43,129 bases of DNA from Thermodesulfovibrionia bacterium (GCA_945787795.1 CALZJD010000003.1:1-43129); one strand, 5' to 3'; positions 7,646-16,978 are shown, counted from the stretch's first letter. Program-made: numbers and translations. The notes: a model not told the origin generated them from the sequence alone.

Positions 7646-8326
7646 ATGTATAAAGTATTTGTCATAGGTATAGGATTTCGTCCTCTTGATAAAAAGGCCA
7701 GCACAGCTCTTTTGCAGTCAGATGTCGTACTTACCAATGACAGGCTGCTTGAAGCATTTAAAGATTATGCTGAATATAAGAATGTTCAAGACAGAATTGT
7801 ATCTCTGAAAGATATTCATGAGACAAAACAATATATTCGTGATAATTATAGAAGCAAGGCAATAGCCCTGTTGGCTGTGGGAGATCCCATGTTTTTCGGT
7901 ATTGGCAGGGTAATTAAAGATGAAATTGGCAAAGAGGCCATGGAGGTCTATCCTGATTTATCAAGTATACAGGTGGCCTTTGCAAGGATTAAGGAGCCAT
8001 CAAGCAATGCATTCATCATAAGTCTTCATGGCGGACCTGATCCGGATAACAGAAGGAAACTTGAGTATGAGATTACTGAACTGCCTGATCTGCTTACACA
8101 GCATAAAAAAATAGCAATCCTTACGGACAGGATAAACAGCCCGACAGAAATAGCAAAGACACTCAACTCGTCACCCGTCATCCGTCACGCGTCACCAAGA
8201 ATGTATGTCTGTGAAAAACTGGGATACGATGATGAGAAAATCACAGATGGGTTACCGGAAGAAATCGCTGCAGCCTCCCATGTCCATCCAAACGTGGTAA
8301 TCATTGTATATGGTGAGAATGACTGA
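7646..8326 (+). CDS. cbiE: Cobalt-precorrin-7 (C5)-methyltransferase / precorrin-6Y methylase CbiE-like
   Basis: Tetrapyrrole methylase fold motifs are present (VIGIG..., LLAVGDPMFFGIG). Confidence 0.75.
   Translation: MYKVFVIGIGFRPLDKKASTALLQSDVVLTNDRLLEAFKDYAEYKNVQDRIVSLKDIHETKQYIRDNYRSKAIALLAVGDPMFFGIGRVIKDEIGKEAMEVYPDLSSIQVAFARIKEPSSNAFIISLHGGPDPDNRRKLEYEITELPDLLTQHKKIAILTDRINSPTEIAKTLNSSPVIRHASPRMYVCEKLGYDDEKITDGLPEEIAAASHVHPNVVIIVYGEND
8165..8194 (+). repeat. In-frame 30-nt CGTCAC-heptamer cassette inside cbiE, encoding NSSPVIRHAS
   Basis: The sequence AACTCGTCACCCGTCATCCGTCACGCGTCA is 28/30 identical to the cobU copy and sits in the same reading phase. Confidence 0.8.
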
Positions 8327-9104
8327 AAAGGACCTGCAATTTTTCAGGAACTGGTATCAGGATTATTCAAATTCATTCCATACCTCTGATGAAGAAGCAT
8401 GGAAAAACCACTCCCTTAAGATCGAACACACTGATCATGTCTGTATAAATATAGCCGGTATCGCCAGGGACCTGTCTCTTGGCAATCGGGAAGTAATGCT
8501 CGCGGAAACGATAGCCCTCTTTCATGATCTTGGCAGATTCAGGCAATACTCAGAATTCAAGACATTTCAGGACCGAAAATCAAAAAACCACGGCCTGCTC
8601 GCGGCATTAACGCTTATTAAAAACAATGTGCTGCGTGATTTGCCAGAAGATGAGAAACATCTTATTCTCCAATCCGTAAAATTCCATAATGCCTATGCAA
8701 TACCAAACATTTTTGATGATTATTCAACTCTTTTTCTGAAATTGATCCGTGACGCTGACAAGCTGGATATCTTCAGGGTATTTATTAAATATTACGAAAG
8801 TCCTCCTGAAGAAAAGGCTTCAGAAACCGCATTTGGACTTCCAGATACAGATGGTTACTCTAAAACTGTGATTTCAAGCCTTCATAAAAGGCGCACCGCA
8901 TCGTACAGATCATTGAGAACAGAAAATGATTTCAAATTGCTAAAGCTGTCATGGATATATGGACTGCATTTTAACTATTCATTAAAAATTGTGCGGGACA
9001 AAGAATATATAAAAATCCTGGCTGGAAAGCTGCCTCAGACAGATGAGATAAAATCAGCGGTTACAGAAGTTGAATATTATGTTAAGGAAAAACTCGGGAA
9101 ATAA
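8304..9104 (+). CDS. HD-domain phosphohydrolase
   Basis: LFHDLGRF and IRDADKLD motifs are present. The start is uncertain (8304, 8310 or 8319). Confidence 0.7.
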   Translation: MYMVRMTEKDLQFFRNWYQDYSNSFHTSDEEAWKNHSLKIEHTDHVCINIAGIARDLSLGNREVMLAETIALFHDLGRFRQYSEFKTFQDRKSKNHGLLAALTLIKNNVLRDLPEDEKHLILQSVKFHNAYAIPNIFDDYSTLFLKLIRDADKLDIFRVFIKYYESPPEEKASETAFGLPDTDGYSKTVISSLHKRRTASYRSLRTENDFKLLKLSWIYGLHFNYSLKIVRDKEYIKILAGKLPQTDEIKSAVTEVEYYVKEKLGK

Positions 9105-9136
9105 AAAGTGTCTGTCAATAAACACTGATCGTCTGG

Positions 9137-9277
9137 TTGTCATTCCGGCAGTCCTTAAGCCGGTCGAAGCGACTCTCGCGAAGACTCGCATCGAGAATCC
9201 AGTCATTTCTATACCTTCTGGATGCCCGACTAAAGCCCCCTGCTTACTTTCTGCTGGGGCAGGCTTCGGGCATGACA
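9137..9277. repeat. TGTCATTCC nested-palindrome repeat (expanded copy) between convergent HD gene and helicase
   Basis: The ends are tgtcattccggc...gaatccag ... ctggatgcccgac...cttcgggcatgaca. Confidence 0.75.
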
Positions 9278-9326
9278 AGAATAAAAAATAGCAATTTATA
9301 CACAGCCTCTAAACAGTTAACCTGAA

Positions 9327-10925
9327 TTATTCCACTATCTTCATCTCAAGAATCCTCTCAAGATGAAACACCCTCTCGTCCTTCCTGCTGGTACAGAACG
9401 CCTGTACTCCGGGGAATTTTCTGCCCTTGTACTCCATCTCTCCGACATGTCTGGGAAGAATGGTCCTTTTTGATTTCGCATCATCGGTCTTAAGGTAAAC
9501 TATTTCCAGTTTCTTCTCTTTACTGATAGCTTCATCAAGCAGGGCTACCCTGTCATCAAGTGACAACTGTTTCCCAGCCTGATCATACTGGTAACGAGTT
9601 ACAAACTGGACGACCCTTCGGTCCAGCAAAACATTTTTTTTATAGACAGGTTTTTTTAGAACGAGTCCGTTAAGTGTTGTACAGCGGCTGAGTGCAACAT
9701 AAAGCTGTCCATGAGAAAATGTCCCTCTTCCTATGTCTATGACCGCTCTTTCAAAAGTCATCCCCTGGCATTTATGTATTGTTACGGCCCAGGCCAGCCT
9801 GAGAGGATACTGCGTAAAGGACCCGACACTTTCAGATAATATGCTGGATGTCTCTTTGTCATATGAGAATTCATACATTTCCCATTTGTGCGGCATAACA
9901 TCGACGACCTCTCCATCTGACAGCTCTATCCATAGAACATCAGGGCCATCCTCCTGCTCATCAATATCTTCAATCCTGCCGATGCTGCCGTTTATCCATC
10001 GACCATGCGGATCATTATTAAGCATCATTACCTGTGCTCCCTGTCTCAGGGTAAGATCAAGAGATGTGGGCAGACTCTTATCACCAAAATCACCATCAAT
10101 GAGTCCCTCGTAGCAGTGTTCATCCGTCTTGAGTTCGCTTAGCTTGGAATTATTAATATCATCAGCAAGTGCGTTTGTCGTAGTCAGATATATATAAAAA
10201 TCTCCTGTTTTCTCTTTGAAATCAGGATCACATCTCTTATTTATCTCATCCATGTCCATGTCAGTAATGGAATTATTTCTGATGCCATTCAGAAGATCCA
10301 GAAACCTCTGGTCCTTTTGTCTGTACACCTTTTCAAGTTCAATAAACTCCATATTAAATGATCTGTCATCACCGGCAAGTTTTGAAAACAGATCATCGTC
10401 AAACACGCGGGCACTGAAAAAATACGGGCTTTTATATAAATCCCTGAAAAGGGCCTTCTCCCTTGAGGTGACTACCGGTGGTAACTGATAGAGGTCTCCT
10501 ATAAAGATCATCTGGATACCGCCAAAGGGCCCGGTGGTTTTGCCATGCTTTCTGAGAAAGAGATCTACGCAATCAAGCAGATCAGCCCTGACCATCGAGA
10601 TCTCATCAATGATGATGGCATCCAGCTTAGAGTAAAGGTCCTTGTCCCTTGGCCTTACCTTATGGACCGTGTCAGGGGTTACCCCTATCTTAAAATTAAA
10701 AAAAGAGTGTACTGTCTGTCCTTTTACATTCACCGCAGCCACGCCTGTCGGTGCCAGCACAGCAACGTTCTTGTCAGTGTTTTCCCGGAAATATTGAAGC
10801 AGCGTTGATTTACCCGTACCCGCCCTGCCCGTAACAAATATATTCCTGTCTGTTTCCTCCATAAGGGTCAAGGCATGGAGAAACTGCTCATTCAATTCAA
10901 TCTGTTTGCCTTTTATGAATTTCAT
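9327..10925 (-). CDS. Pif1/RecD-like SF1 DNA helicase with C-terminal WYL-like domain
   Basis: Walker A GRAGTGKST, Walker B IIIDEISMV and motif TIHKCQGMTF are present. The C-terminal ~70 aa (LEIVYLK...RTILPRHVG...QAFCTSRKDERVFHLERI) fits the WYL pattern. The ATG start is at 10925; a TTG at 10934 is the alternative. Confidence 0.8.
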   Translation of the reverse strand: MKFIKGKQIELNEQFLHALTLMEETDRNIFVTGRAGTGKSTLLQYFRENTDKNVAVLAPTGVAAVNVKGQTVHSFFNFKIGVTPDTVHKVRPRDKDLYSKLDAIIIDEISMVRADLLDCVDLFLRKHGKTTGPFGGIQMIFIGDLYQLPPVVTSREKALFRDLYKSPYFFSARVFDDDLFSKLAGDDRSFNMEFIELEKVYRQKDQRFLDLLNGIRNNSITDMDMDEINKRCDPDFKEKTGDFYIYLTTTNALADDINNSKLSELKTDEHCYEGLIDGDFGDKSLPTSLDLTLRQGAQVMMLNNDPHGRWINGSIGRIEDIDEQEDGPDVLWIELSDGEVVDVMPHKWEMYEFSYDKETSSILSESVGSFTQYPLRLAWAVTIHKCQGMTFERAVIDIGRGTFSHGQLYVALSRCTTLNGLVLKKPVYKKNVLLDRRVVQFVTRYQYDQAGKQLSLDDRVALLDEAISKEKKLEIVYLKTDDAKSKRTILPRHVGEMEYKGRKFPGVQAFCTSRKDERVFHLERILEMKIVE

Positions 10926-10930
10926 ATCGG

Positions 10931-11452
10931 TCAACCCTGCTCTTTAAAAAGCCTTCTTGCCTCTTTGAATACCTCAAGATAGTCATCTGTTTTATAATCA
11001 GGAAACGTGTAGGGAAGGGGCTGATAACTATCGCCTGAGTACATAAGCGTAACTTCCCCGTAAATTCCTTTATCAAGGTACACTCTGTGAGAGAAGTCTT
11101 TGGTGGAAACAAGCACAAGCTTGGCACTGTTAAGGTAGCCCGGATCAAGGTTTATCCTTCTCCCTCCATCATTGCTGAGAAACTGCTTTTCGATTTCATT
11201 GGTCTGCACCTTGATATCAGATATCTCCACGGGATTAACAAGCTTTTTAAAAAAAACAAACCTGCGCCTTAACCCTTCCCCCATTTCCCTTGAATAATAT
11301 TTTGTATGCTCCCACGGCCACACAGGACTCTCAAAATCAATGTCTCCAAAGGCTGCTTTGAGCTGATCGTCCACAATTGTAAAAAGGGATGTATCATTTG
11401 ACAGCATGCCTGTAAACAGTTTCACCTGTTCCGGTTCGGTGATGTTACCCAT
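10931..11452 (-). CDS. DUF4416-family protein
   Basis: Pattern recognised by eye: KLF..ML....L......L...FG.ID..S..W.W..T.YY..EMG..L.R.F..F..L, RINLDPGYL and LVLVSTKDFSHRVYL. Its stop lies 5 nt from, or overlaps, the helicase start. Confidence 0.6.
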   Translation of the reverse strand: MGNITEPEQVKLFTGMLSNDTSLFTIVDDQLKAAFGDIDFESPVWPWEHTKYYSREMGEGLRRRFVFFKKLVNPVEISDIKVQTNEIEKQFLSNDGGRRINLDPGYLNSAKLVLVSTKDFSHRVYLDKGIYGEVTLMYSGDSYQPLPYTFPDYKTDDYLEVFKEARRLFKEQG

Positions 11453-11809
11453 GTTCTATATTATATAAATTTGTTAATTGTTGGAATACAGGATTGTGCA
11501 GGGGCGGGTTCTCCCCGCTCTTATGTAGCGAATTATGTGTATGTATGAGGTCAAATCTTTTTCGAGACTATTACCTAAAGGTAATACGATATTTACACGA
11601 TAAGATATTTAATACTTGTATCAGGAACAGGAACATATTATGAATACTATCAAATGTATTTCAAGAAATTTGTCAGTCAATCCCATAGTATTACGTTCCT
11701 TTCTGCTAATACATGGAAGTGGGGAGGATATCAATGAACCCAATTCTGAGCCCTTCTGATTGTACCTGGCGGTAGTCCGCTGTAATGGTAAAACAGTATA
11801 GAGCTTTAA

Positions 11810-13027
11810 ATGATTAATATATATTACAAAAAAAACACGCACTGTTTATGTCGAGCTGATTTAATTGTATGGTTTCCCGTATTCCTTTTATGTTGTCTTG
11901 TAATATCTGGTATCGTGCCTGATCGTGCTTCTGCCCTTTCTCCCATGCAGATAATAAATACTCCGGATGGGATTGAAGATGTTGCCCTGTCTGCTGCATC
12001 AGCTCCTTCTTATATACACAGGGGTGATTGGGAGCCACCCGACGTCTTACTGCTGGTTGAATACGCGGAATGGCAGGAATCGATTGATTCAATAATCGCA
12101 GCTGCACGTAACGACATGACCCCTGTCTATATTTTAATGAACAGGGATGATGAACAATACAGAGAAAATATTCTGCAGGCGGAGCAAGACAGTAATAATA
12201 CGCTATTAAATCTTTCACTCGATACTCCATGGATCCGTGACTATGGTCCTCTCCAGTTAAAGGCACGTAACGGATCTGTCAAATGGGTAGATTTCGCGTA
12301 CTCCAATCAGCGGACCCATGATGATTCTGTACCGGACGAGCTTGCCGGATATATGGGCACCTCCATAGAGGATGGTGATTACTTCCTGGATGGCGGAGCT
12401 GTTATAAGTAATGGAAGCGGGTTGTGTGCCATAACTGATAAGAGCCTTGAAGAAGCTGCAGTGGATCAATTTCATATTGAAGAGTTTCACAAATTCCGGG
12501 ATATTCTCGGCTGTAGGGCACTGGCGGTATTACCTGCTCTCACAGGAGAATCTACGGGACATGCGGACATAATCGCCCAGTTTTTATCACCTGAAATAAT
12601 TGCGGTAGCACAAGTGAATCAGGAGGATACTTATGGAATAGCCGCGGAACTGGAGCAGGCCGTCGAATTATTAAAGGAAGCCGCTGAAGACATTTCTCAG
12701 CCTTTAAAAGTCATCCGATTACCGCTCATTGTGGAAGCTGATTTTTTTTATTCATATATAAACGGCACAAGATTAAAAAATACATATTTAATCCCATCAT
12801 TTAATAACGTTCCCTCTGATATTGAACGAATTGCTATAAATGTTCTGCAATCAGCATTGCCCGATATTGAGCTGTCTTCCATCCCTGCAGAAACAATGGT
12901 AAAGAATGGAGGCGCAGTCCACTGCATAACTCTGGGACTTAACCTGCCTGACACTGCTGATGAGGTCCAGTTCTGGGTTAAGAGAACCCGGAACGCTTTA
13001 TCATCAGATTTGCTTCTCTTTAATTAA
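11810..13027 (+). CDS. Agmatine deiminase / peptidyl-arginine deiminase family protein with N-terminal signal/TM
   Basis: Motifs DTPWIRDYGPLQ and GGAVHCITL (catalytic Cys) are present, with a hydrophobic N-terminus. Confidence 0.7.
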   Translation: MINIYYKKNTHCLCRADLIVWFPVFLLCCLVISGIVPDRASALSPMQIINTPDGIEDVALSAASAPSYIHRGDWEPPDVLLLVEYAEWQESIDSIIAAARNDMTPVYILMNRDDEQYRENILQAEQDSNNTLLNLSLDTPWIRDYGPLQLKARNGSVKWVDFAYSNQRTHDDSVPDELAGYMGTSIEDGDYFLDGGAVISNGSGLCAITDKSLEEAAVDQFHIEEFHKFRDILGCRALAVLPALTGESTGHADIIAQFLSPEIIAVAQVNQEDTYGIAAELEQAVELLKEAAEDISQPLKVIRLPLIVEADFFYSYINGTRLKNTYLIPSFNNVPSDIERIAINVLQSALPDIELSSIPAETMVKNGGAVHCITLGLNLPDTADEVQFWVKRTRNALSSDLLLFN

Positions 13028-13054
13028 CCGGGATAAAGGCCATACGGCTCATAC

Positions 13055-13528
13055 TTAGACAATCACCAATGAATCATCAGAACCAAATGTATTAGGAACG
13101 TATTTATCTGCACACCAATCATTTTCCCAGCGAATGCTGTCAATGAAGTATCTGAACCTGTATTCTTTGTCACGGTGTAATTTCAGGGTTGCTTTAAAAT
13201 CACCGTTCTTTAGTTTTTTCATCTGATTTTCTGTCAAATTCCAGTTATTAAAATCACCGACTATGGTGACAACCTGAGCATCAGGCGCTGCTTCTTTCGG
13301 TAATCTAAACGTCACATTACATGAACCATTTGATTTCAGATACTGCTTCTTCATACCTGATATCTCATTATCTTTAATCGGTCCAGCGTCCCTGGAAGGT
13401 TTTTTAGCATTCCCATTTTTAGGGCTTGTTTTCCTGGCACTCAGTTGCTGTTTTGTAATACCAGAACTCCCGTTCTTTCTTTTAGAACTCTCTTTTTGTT
13501 TTGATATTTTTTTGCTTGTCTTTCTCAT
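13055..13528 (-). CDS. CBM48 / AMPK-beta glycogen-binding-domain protein with Lys-rich N-terminal tail
   Basis: The C-terminal ~85 aa (VTFRLP...VVTIVGDFNNWN...F.ATL.L....YRFRYFID..W.ND) match the CBM48/E-set pattern. I preferred the ATG at 13528, which has an AAGGAG RBS; 13543 is the alternative. Confidence 0.65.
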   Translation of the reverse strand: MRKTSKKISKQKESSKRKNGSSGITKQQLSARKTSPKNGNAKKPSRDAGPIKDNEISGMKKQYLKSNGSCNVTFRLPKEAAPDAQVVTIVGDFNNWNLTENQMKKLKNGDFKATLKLHRDKEYRFRYFIDSIRWENDWCADKYVPNTFGSDDSLVIV

Positions 13529-13968
13529 TAACTTCTCCTTCATAATGTATTATGTTGCTGGTTAAAAAAACCAGCTGATTTTTATACGGTCTAAATAATG
13601 CCGTACTTTAGTGTTAACTGAAAAATATTAAATACTATAACCTCTTCTCCCTCTTCTTTAAAAAGCAGCGTAATGTTATCACAGTATGAAGAATTAAGTA
13701 AAATTTAAAAAATACTACTTTTTGCATAAACAATTTTGAAAGGAAATAACATATTATTCTCCTGTAGTTATCGAGGATTCATGATCGTGCTATTTTTACT
13801 GATTTATATCAGGAATCAATAAAATTCACTCAGGGTGAAGATTTATATTGGTTATGGTCAGCATGAACTATTATGAGGCTTAAGGATACTATTTAATAGT
13901 CAACGATTTTATAAATATCTGAAAATCCTCTCTTATCAATAACTGGTAGCTGGTCAAAATGTTAAGGA

Positions 13969-15842
13969 GTCGAGTGGCGCGGGGGAATCTCACCCTCCAC
14001 GCTCTCACAGATCCGGACGTGAACCTCTCAGCTCATCCGGCTCCTATCGTCCAACCGGTGGTCGAAAACCTGCCCGCCAATGTGCAAACAGTAGTGGCTG
14101 CTGACGAGCTAATCGTCCCAGCCAGTGCATTGCTCTTCGACGGTGGCCTTTCAATTTCTTGTATTTCCTCATTACCCATCGCATCAGAATACGATCAAAT
14201 ACGTGAAACGTAAAATAAAGTGCAGACTTGTAGTACTGTCCATAGTAATTTATCCATCCTCGAAGGATTGGGTTGCAGATGTATGACAGCTCTTCAAGGC
14301 TTTTGTCACTACGACGGTGAAATCGCCAACTTCTCATGACGTGGCGTATCTTCTTGATCGCTTTATTGCTCACCGCCGGACTGAAATTGACAAGGCACTT
14401 TCCAAACCGAGTCATTGAGTTTCTAGGTCTAAATGTATATCCCAAGAAGTCGAATTTCTCATTCAGATACCTACCTCGCCTCCTGCCATCCTTACAGTAG
14501 ACAATCTTCGTCTTTGAAGGATGAAGCTCCAGTTTGCACTGCAAAAGCCTCTTTTCAATCATAACCTTGATCCACTGAGCTTGTTTCTCACTCACGCAGT
14601 GCACGATGATATCGTCAGCATAACGCTCAAATGGTATAGTTGGATAGTTCTTCCTCATCCATTCATCAAATGCGTAATGGAGAAAAAGATTTGCCAGCAA
14701 AGGACTAATAACAGAACCCTGTGGCGTACCCTTGAGACGCTCTACACGTCTCCTATCTTCCCGTTGTGCTGGTGCCTTTAACCATCTCTTAATGTACAAC
14801 AGAATCCACTTGCTATCCGTATGCTTCCGCACCGCTCTCATCATGAGGTTATGCTCCAGATTATCAAAGAACCCTTTGATATCCAGATCCAAAGCCCAGT
14901 CATACTGCCAGCATCTCTGCCGTGCAACTCCTACTGCCTCAACTGCTGACTTTCCAGTCCTGTACCCATAAGAGTCTGGATGAAAGTGAGGATCTACATC
15001 GGGCTCCAGATACTTCTTTACCACCATCTGGGCAACTCGATCACTTACCGTAGGTATCCCTAGTGGCCTTTTGCCTCCATCTACCTTTGGTATCTCCACT
15101 ATCCGTACCGCTGGGGGAAAGTAGCTCCCTGAAGACATCCGATTCCAGAGCTTGTAAAGATTATTCTTTAAATCTTTTTCAAACTCCTCAATCGACTCCT
15201 CATCTACTCCGGCAGCACCTTTGTTTGCCTTTACTCTCTGATACGCTTCCCATACTACTTGTTTGGAAATACTAAACGGTTTTGCTTTACCCAATAGCTC
15301 CTCCCACTGAATGGTTGACTATTTTTTCAAAGCTGGACGATATAATCCCCTTCGCTCCAGTTCCATTACGAACTTTCTTCACTACTACGGGATTACTCCG
15401 CCCCCTTCATGTGCATCGATACTTTCCCCTTCGTGGGTCTCACTTATAGGTTTTCTCTTAGCATCACATGAAGAGTTCCCACGTTCCACACAAAAGCCTG
15501 TATCAGGTTCATGCCACCTTTATGCCGGACGCCGCTCAGGCAGTAAGCAGGTCTCCTCCTGAACTTATCCTGGTGTCAACAAAGCCACCAGTTTTGACGT
15601 CATCTTTAACTTTTCGACACCTCATCGGTGGTTCGCTTTCGCTCATCTCCCTGATCCTTACCTCGCCACGATCCTGTGCCGTGACTTTCCTTAACGCTCA
15701 CCACACCAGCTTTTGACTAATGCAGCTTAAGGTGGTTTGAAGCCTGCTCCTGCAAGCCGACTCCGAGGGGCCCTCCCTCATCTCATGTGCAGCATCGAAT
15801 GCTTTATCCTTCACCTCCTTTCAGCACTCGTTCGTGGCGCAC
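13969..15842 (-). mobile_element. Group II intron (complete; RT/maturase ORF in domain IV, no endonuclease domain)
   Basis: On the minus strand the 5' end is GTGCGCC at 15842. A domain V-like hairpin GAGCCGGATGAGCTGAGAGGTTCACGTCCGGATC starts 1 nt after the ORF stop. It is followed by a domain VI helix with an unpaired A 7 nt from the ...CTCGAC 3' end. Boundaries are accurate to about +/-5 nt. Confidence 0.85.
14044..15294 (-). CDS. Group II intron reverse transcriptase/maturase
   Basis: RT motifs are present, including YADDIIV, as is the maturase X domain (GWINYYG). The C-terminus ...LFAHWRAGFRPPVGR has no HNH motif. Confidence 0.92.
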   Translation of the reverse strand: MGKAKPFSISKQVVWEAYQRVKANKGAAGVDEESIEEFEKDLKNNLYKLWNRMSSGSYFPPAVRIVEIPKVDGGKRPLGIPTVSDRVAQMVVKKYLEPDVDPHFHPDSYGYRTGKSAVEAVGVARQRCWQYDWALDLDIKGFFDNLEHNLMMRAVRKHTDSKWILLYIKRWLKAPAQREDRRRVERLKGTPQGSVISPLLANLFLHYAFDEWMRKNYPTIPFERYADDIIVHCVSEKQAQWIKVMIEKRLLQCKLELHPSKTKIVYCKDGRRRGRYLNEKFDFLGYTFRPRNSMTRFGKCLVNFSPAVSNKAIKKIRHVMRSWRFHRRSDKSLEELSYICNPILRGWINYYGQYYKSALYFTFHVFDRILMRWVMRKYKKLKGHRRRAMHWLGRLARQQPLLFAHWRAGFRPPVGR

Positions 15843-15944
15843 TTTATTGAAGTTATCAAAAAGCATGCCTGAATATAACTCTTCACAATTTATTCTTAGT
15901 TCCTTGATAAGATTATTCTAAAATATTTATTATGAGGTGATAAT

Positions 15945-16193
15945 ATGATGCATTATATGAATTTTCTGGGCATAGGATTTAATGGATTTGGTTTCGGTTG
16001 GATTTTCATGATACTATTTTGGGGTTTAGTAGTTCTGGGCGTTATTTATTTTTTTAAAAGTCCGGTAAGTAGCAGTAAGGCCGCTTTCATTGGTAAGACT
16101 GCAGAGGAAATTCTGAAGAGAAGATATGCTTCAGGTGAAATAAGCAAAGATGAATATCATGATAAAATGTTAGGTGTACATGGTAAGTCATGA
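15945..16193 (+). CDS. SHOCT-domain small membrane protein
   Basis: One TM segment followed by LKRRYASGEISKDEYHDKM (SHOCT pattern). A GAGGTG RBS is present. Confidence 0.65.
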   Translation: MMHYMNFLGIGFNGFGFGWIFMILFWGLVVLGVIYFFKSPVSSSKAAFIGKTAEEILKRRYASGEISKDEYHDKMLGVHGKS

Positions 16194-16221
16194 AATGATT
16201 AATATTATATATCTAAAAAAA

Positions 16222-16737
16222 ATGTCCAATACTTTTGTTATTGGTATTTGTTTCATCATACTAATCTCAAGCCTTTTTTATGCAGATCAGGTTGCATATG
16301 CTCATTTTGTTGAGCCTAAAAAAGGAGATATATGTCCAATATGCGGCATGTCTGTCAGTGAACACCCTCTCTGGGTAGCGGTTATTATGTTTTCCGATGG
16401 CAAGCATGTAAAGCTTCACGGTCCGAAGAGCATGTTTACGTATTACTTCAATCTAGAAAAATATGACAAGAAATATAAAATGCAAAATGTTTCAACAATG
16501 CATGTGACAGAATATTTCACTGAGAAACACATAAAAGCACAAGAAGCTCACTATGTAATAGAGAGCAACATACACGGACCAATGGGAGCCGAACTTATTC
16601 CTTTAAAAGATAGGACGTCTGCAGAAGCATTTACAAAAGAGCACGGGGGTAATATTTTACTCTTCAAAGACATAACACCGGAAATTGTCAATTCTCTGAA
16701 AAATATAGTTTCTGATAACCTCCCCACGAGGCAGTAA
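16222..16737 (+). CDS. NosL-family (copper-chaperone-like) protein
   Basis: Signal/TM segment, then CPICGMSV...HPLWVAVIMFSDGKHVKLHGPKSMFTYY, as in NosL-family proteins. Start taken at MSNTF (16222). Confidence 0.6.
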   Translation: MSNTFVIGICFIILISSLFYADQVAYAHFVEPKKGDICPICGMSVSEHPLWVAVIMFSDGKHVKLHGPKSMFTYYFNLEKYDKKYKMQNVSTMHVTEYFTEKHIKAQEAHYVIESNIHGPMGAELIPLKDRTSAEAFTKEHGGNILLFKDITPEIVNSLKNIVSDNLPTRQ

Positions 16738-16755
16738 TGGCTCTGCCTTTTTATT
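16729..16755 (+). terminator. Rho-independent terminator after the nosL-like gene
   Basis: The AGGCAG/CTGCCT stem is followed by TTTTTATT. Confidence 0.55.
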
Positions 16756-16930
16756 GACTGATGAAGTTATCAATAAAGTTGAATCAGTTCAAACTCTAAA
16801 GAATATATTCCTTATTATATTGATTTTCAAGGAGTATCGATGATATCGATCGTCAATTAATCAGGGAAGTGATAGATTCCTGTAAATTATGGCCGCCCCT
16901 GTTGCATGTTTGATTCCCTTTAATTCATGC

Positions 16931-16959
16931 TTGACAAACAATGCTCGGCGTGTTATATT
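16931..16959 (+). promoter_or_regulatory. Near-consensus sigma-70 promoter of fur (TTGACA-17 nt-TATATT)
   Basis: TTGACA lies at 16931-16936 and TATATT at 16954-16959, separated by a 17-nt spacer. The promoter directly abuts the Fur box. Confidence 0.6.
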
Positions 16960-16978
16960 GATAATGATTATCATTTTC
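16960..16978. promoter_or_regulatory. Fur box upstream of fur (autoregulation)
   Basis: GATAATGATTATCATTTTC compared with the consensus GATAATGATAATCATTATC. Confidence 0.75.

Noticed and set aside
9054-9325. Three overlapping 62-74 aa ORFs on both strands between the HD gene and the helicase
   Set aside because: They lie entirely within the TGTCATTCC palindromic repeat. Both strands are open only because the sequence is self-complementary, and there is no RBS.
11453-11809. AGGGGCGGG...CCCC short hairpins (11494-11512, and a similar one at 20484-20506) as a further repeat family
   Set aside because: Only two loosely similar copies are present and the stems are weak. The evidence in this window is insufficient.
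14044-15294. Reverse transcriptase as a retron, DGR or defence-associated RT
   Set aside because: It is flanked by a 5' GUGCG, a domain V hairpin and a domain VI with a bulged A, and it contains a maturase X domain. This is an ordinary group II intron ORF.
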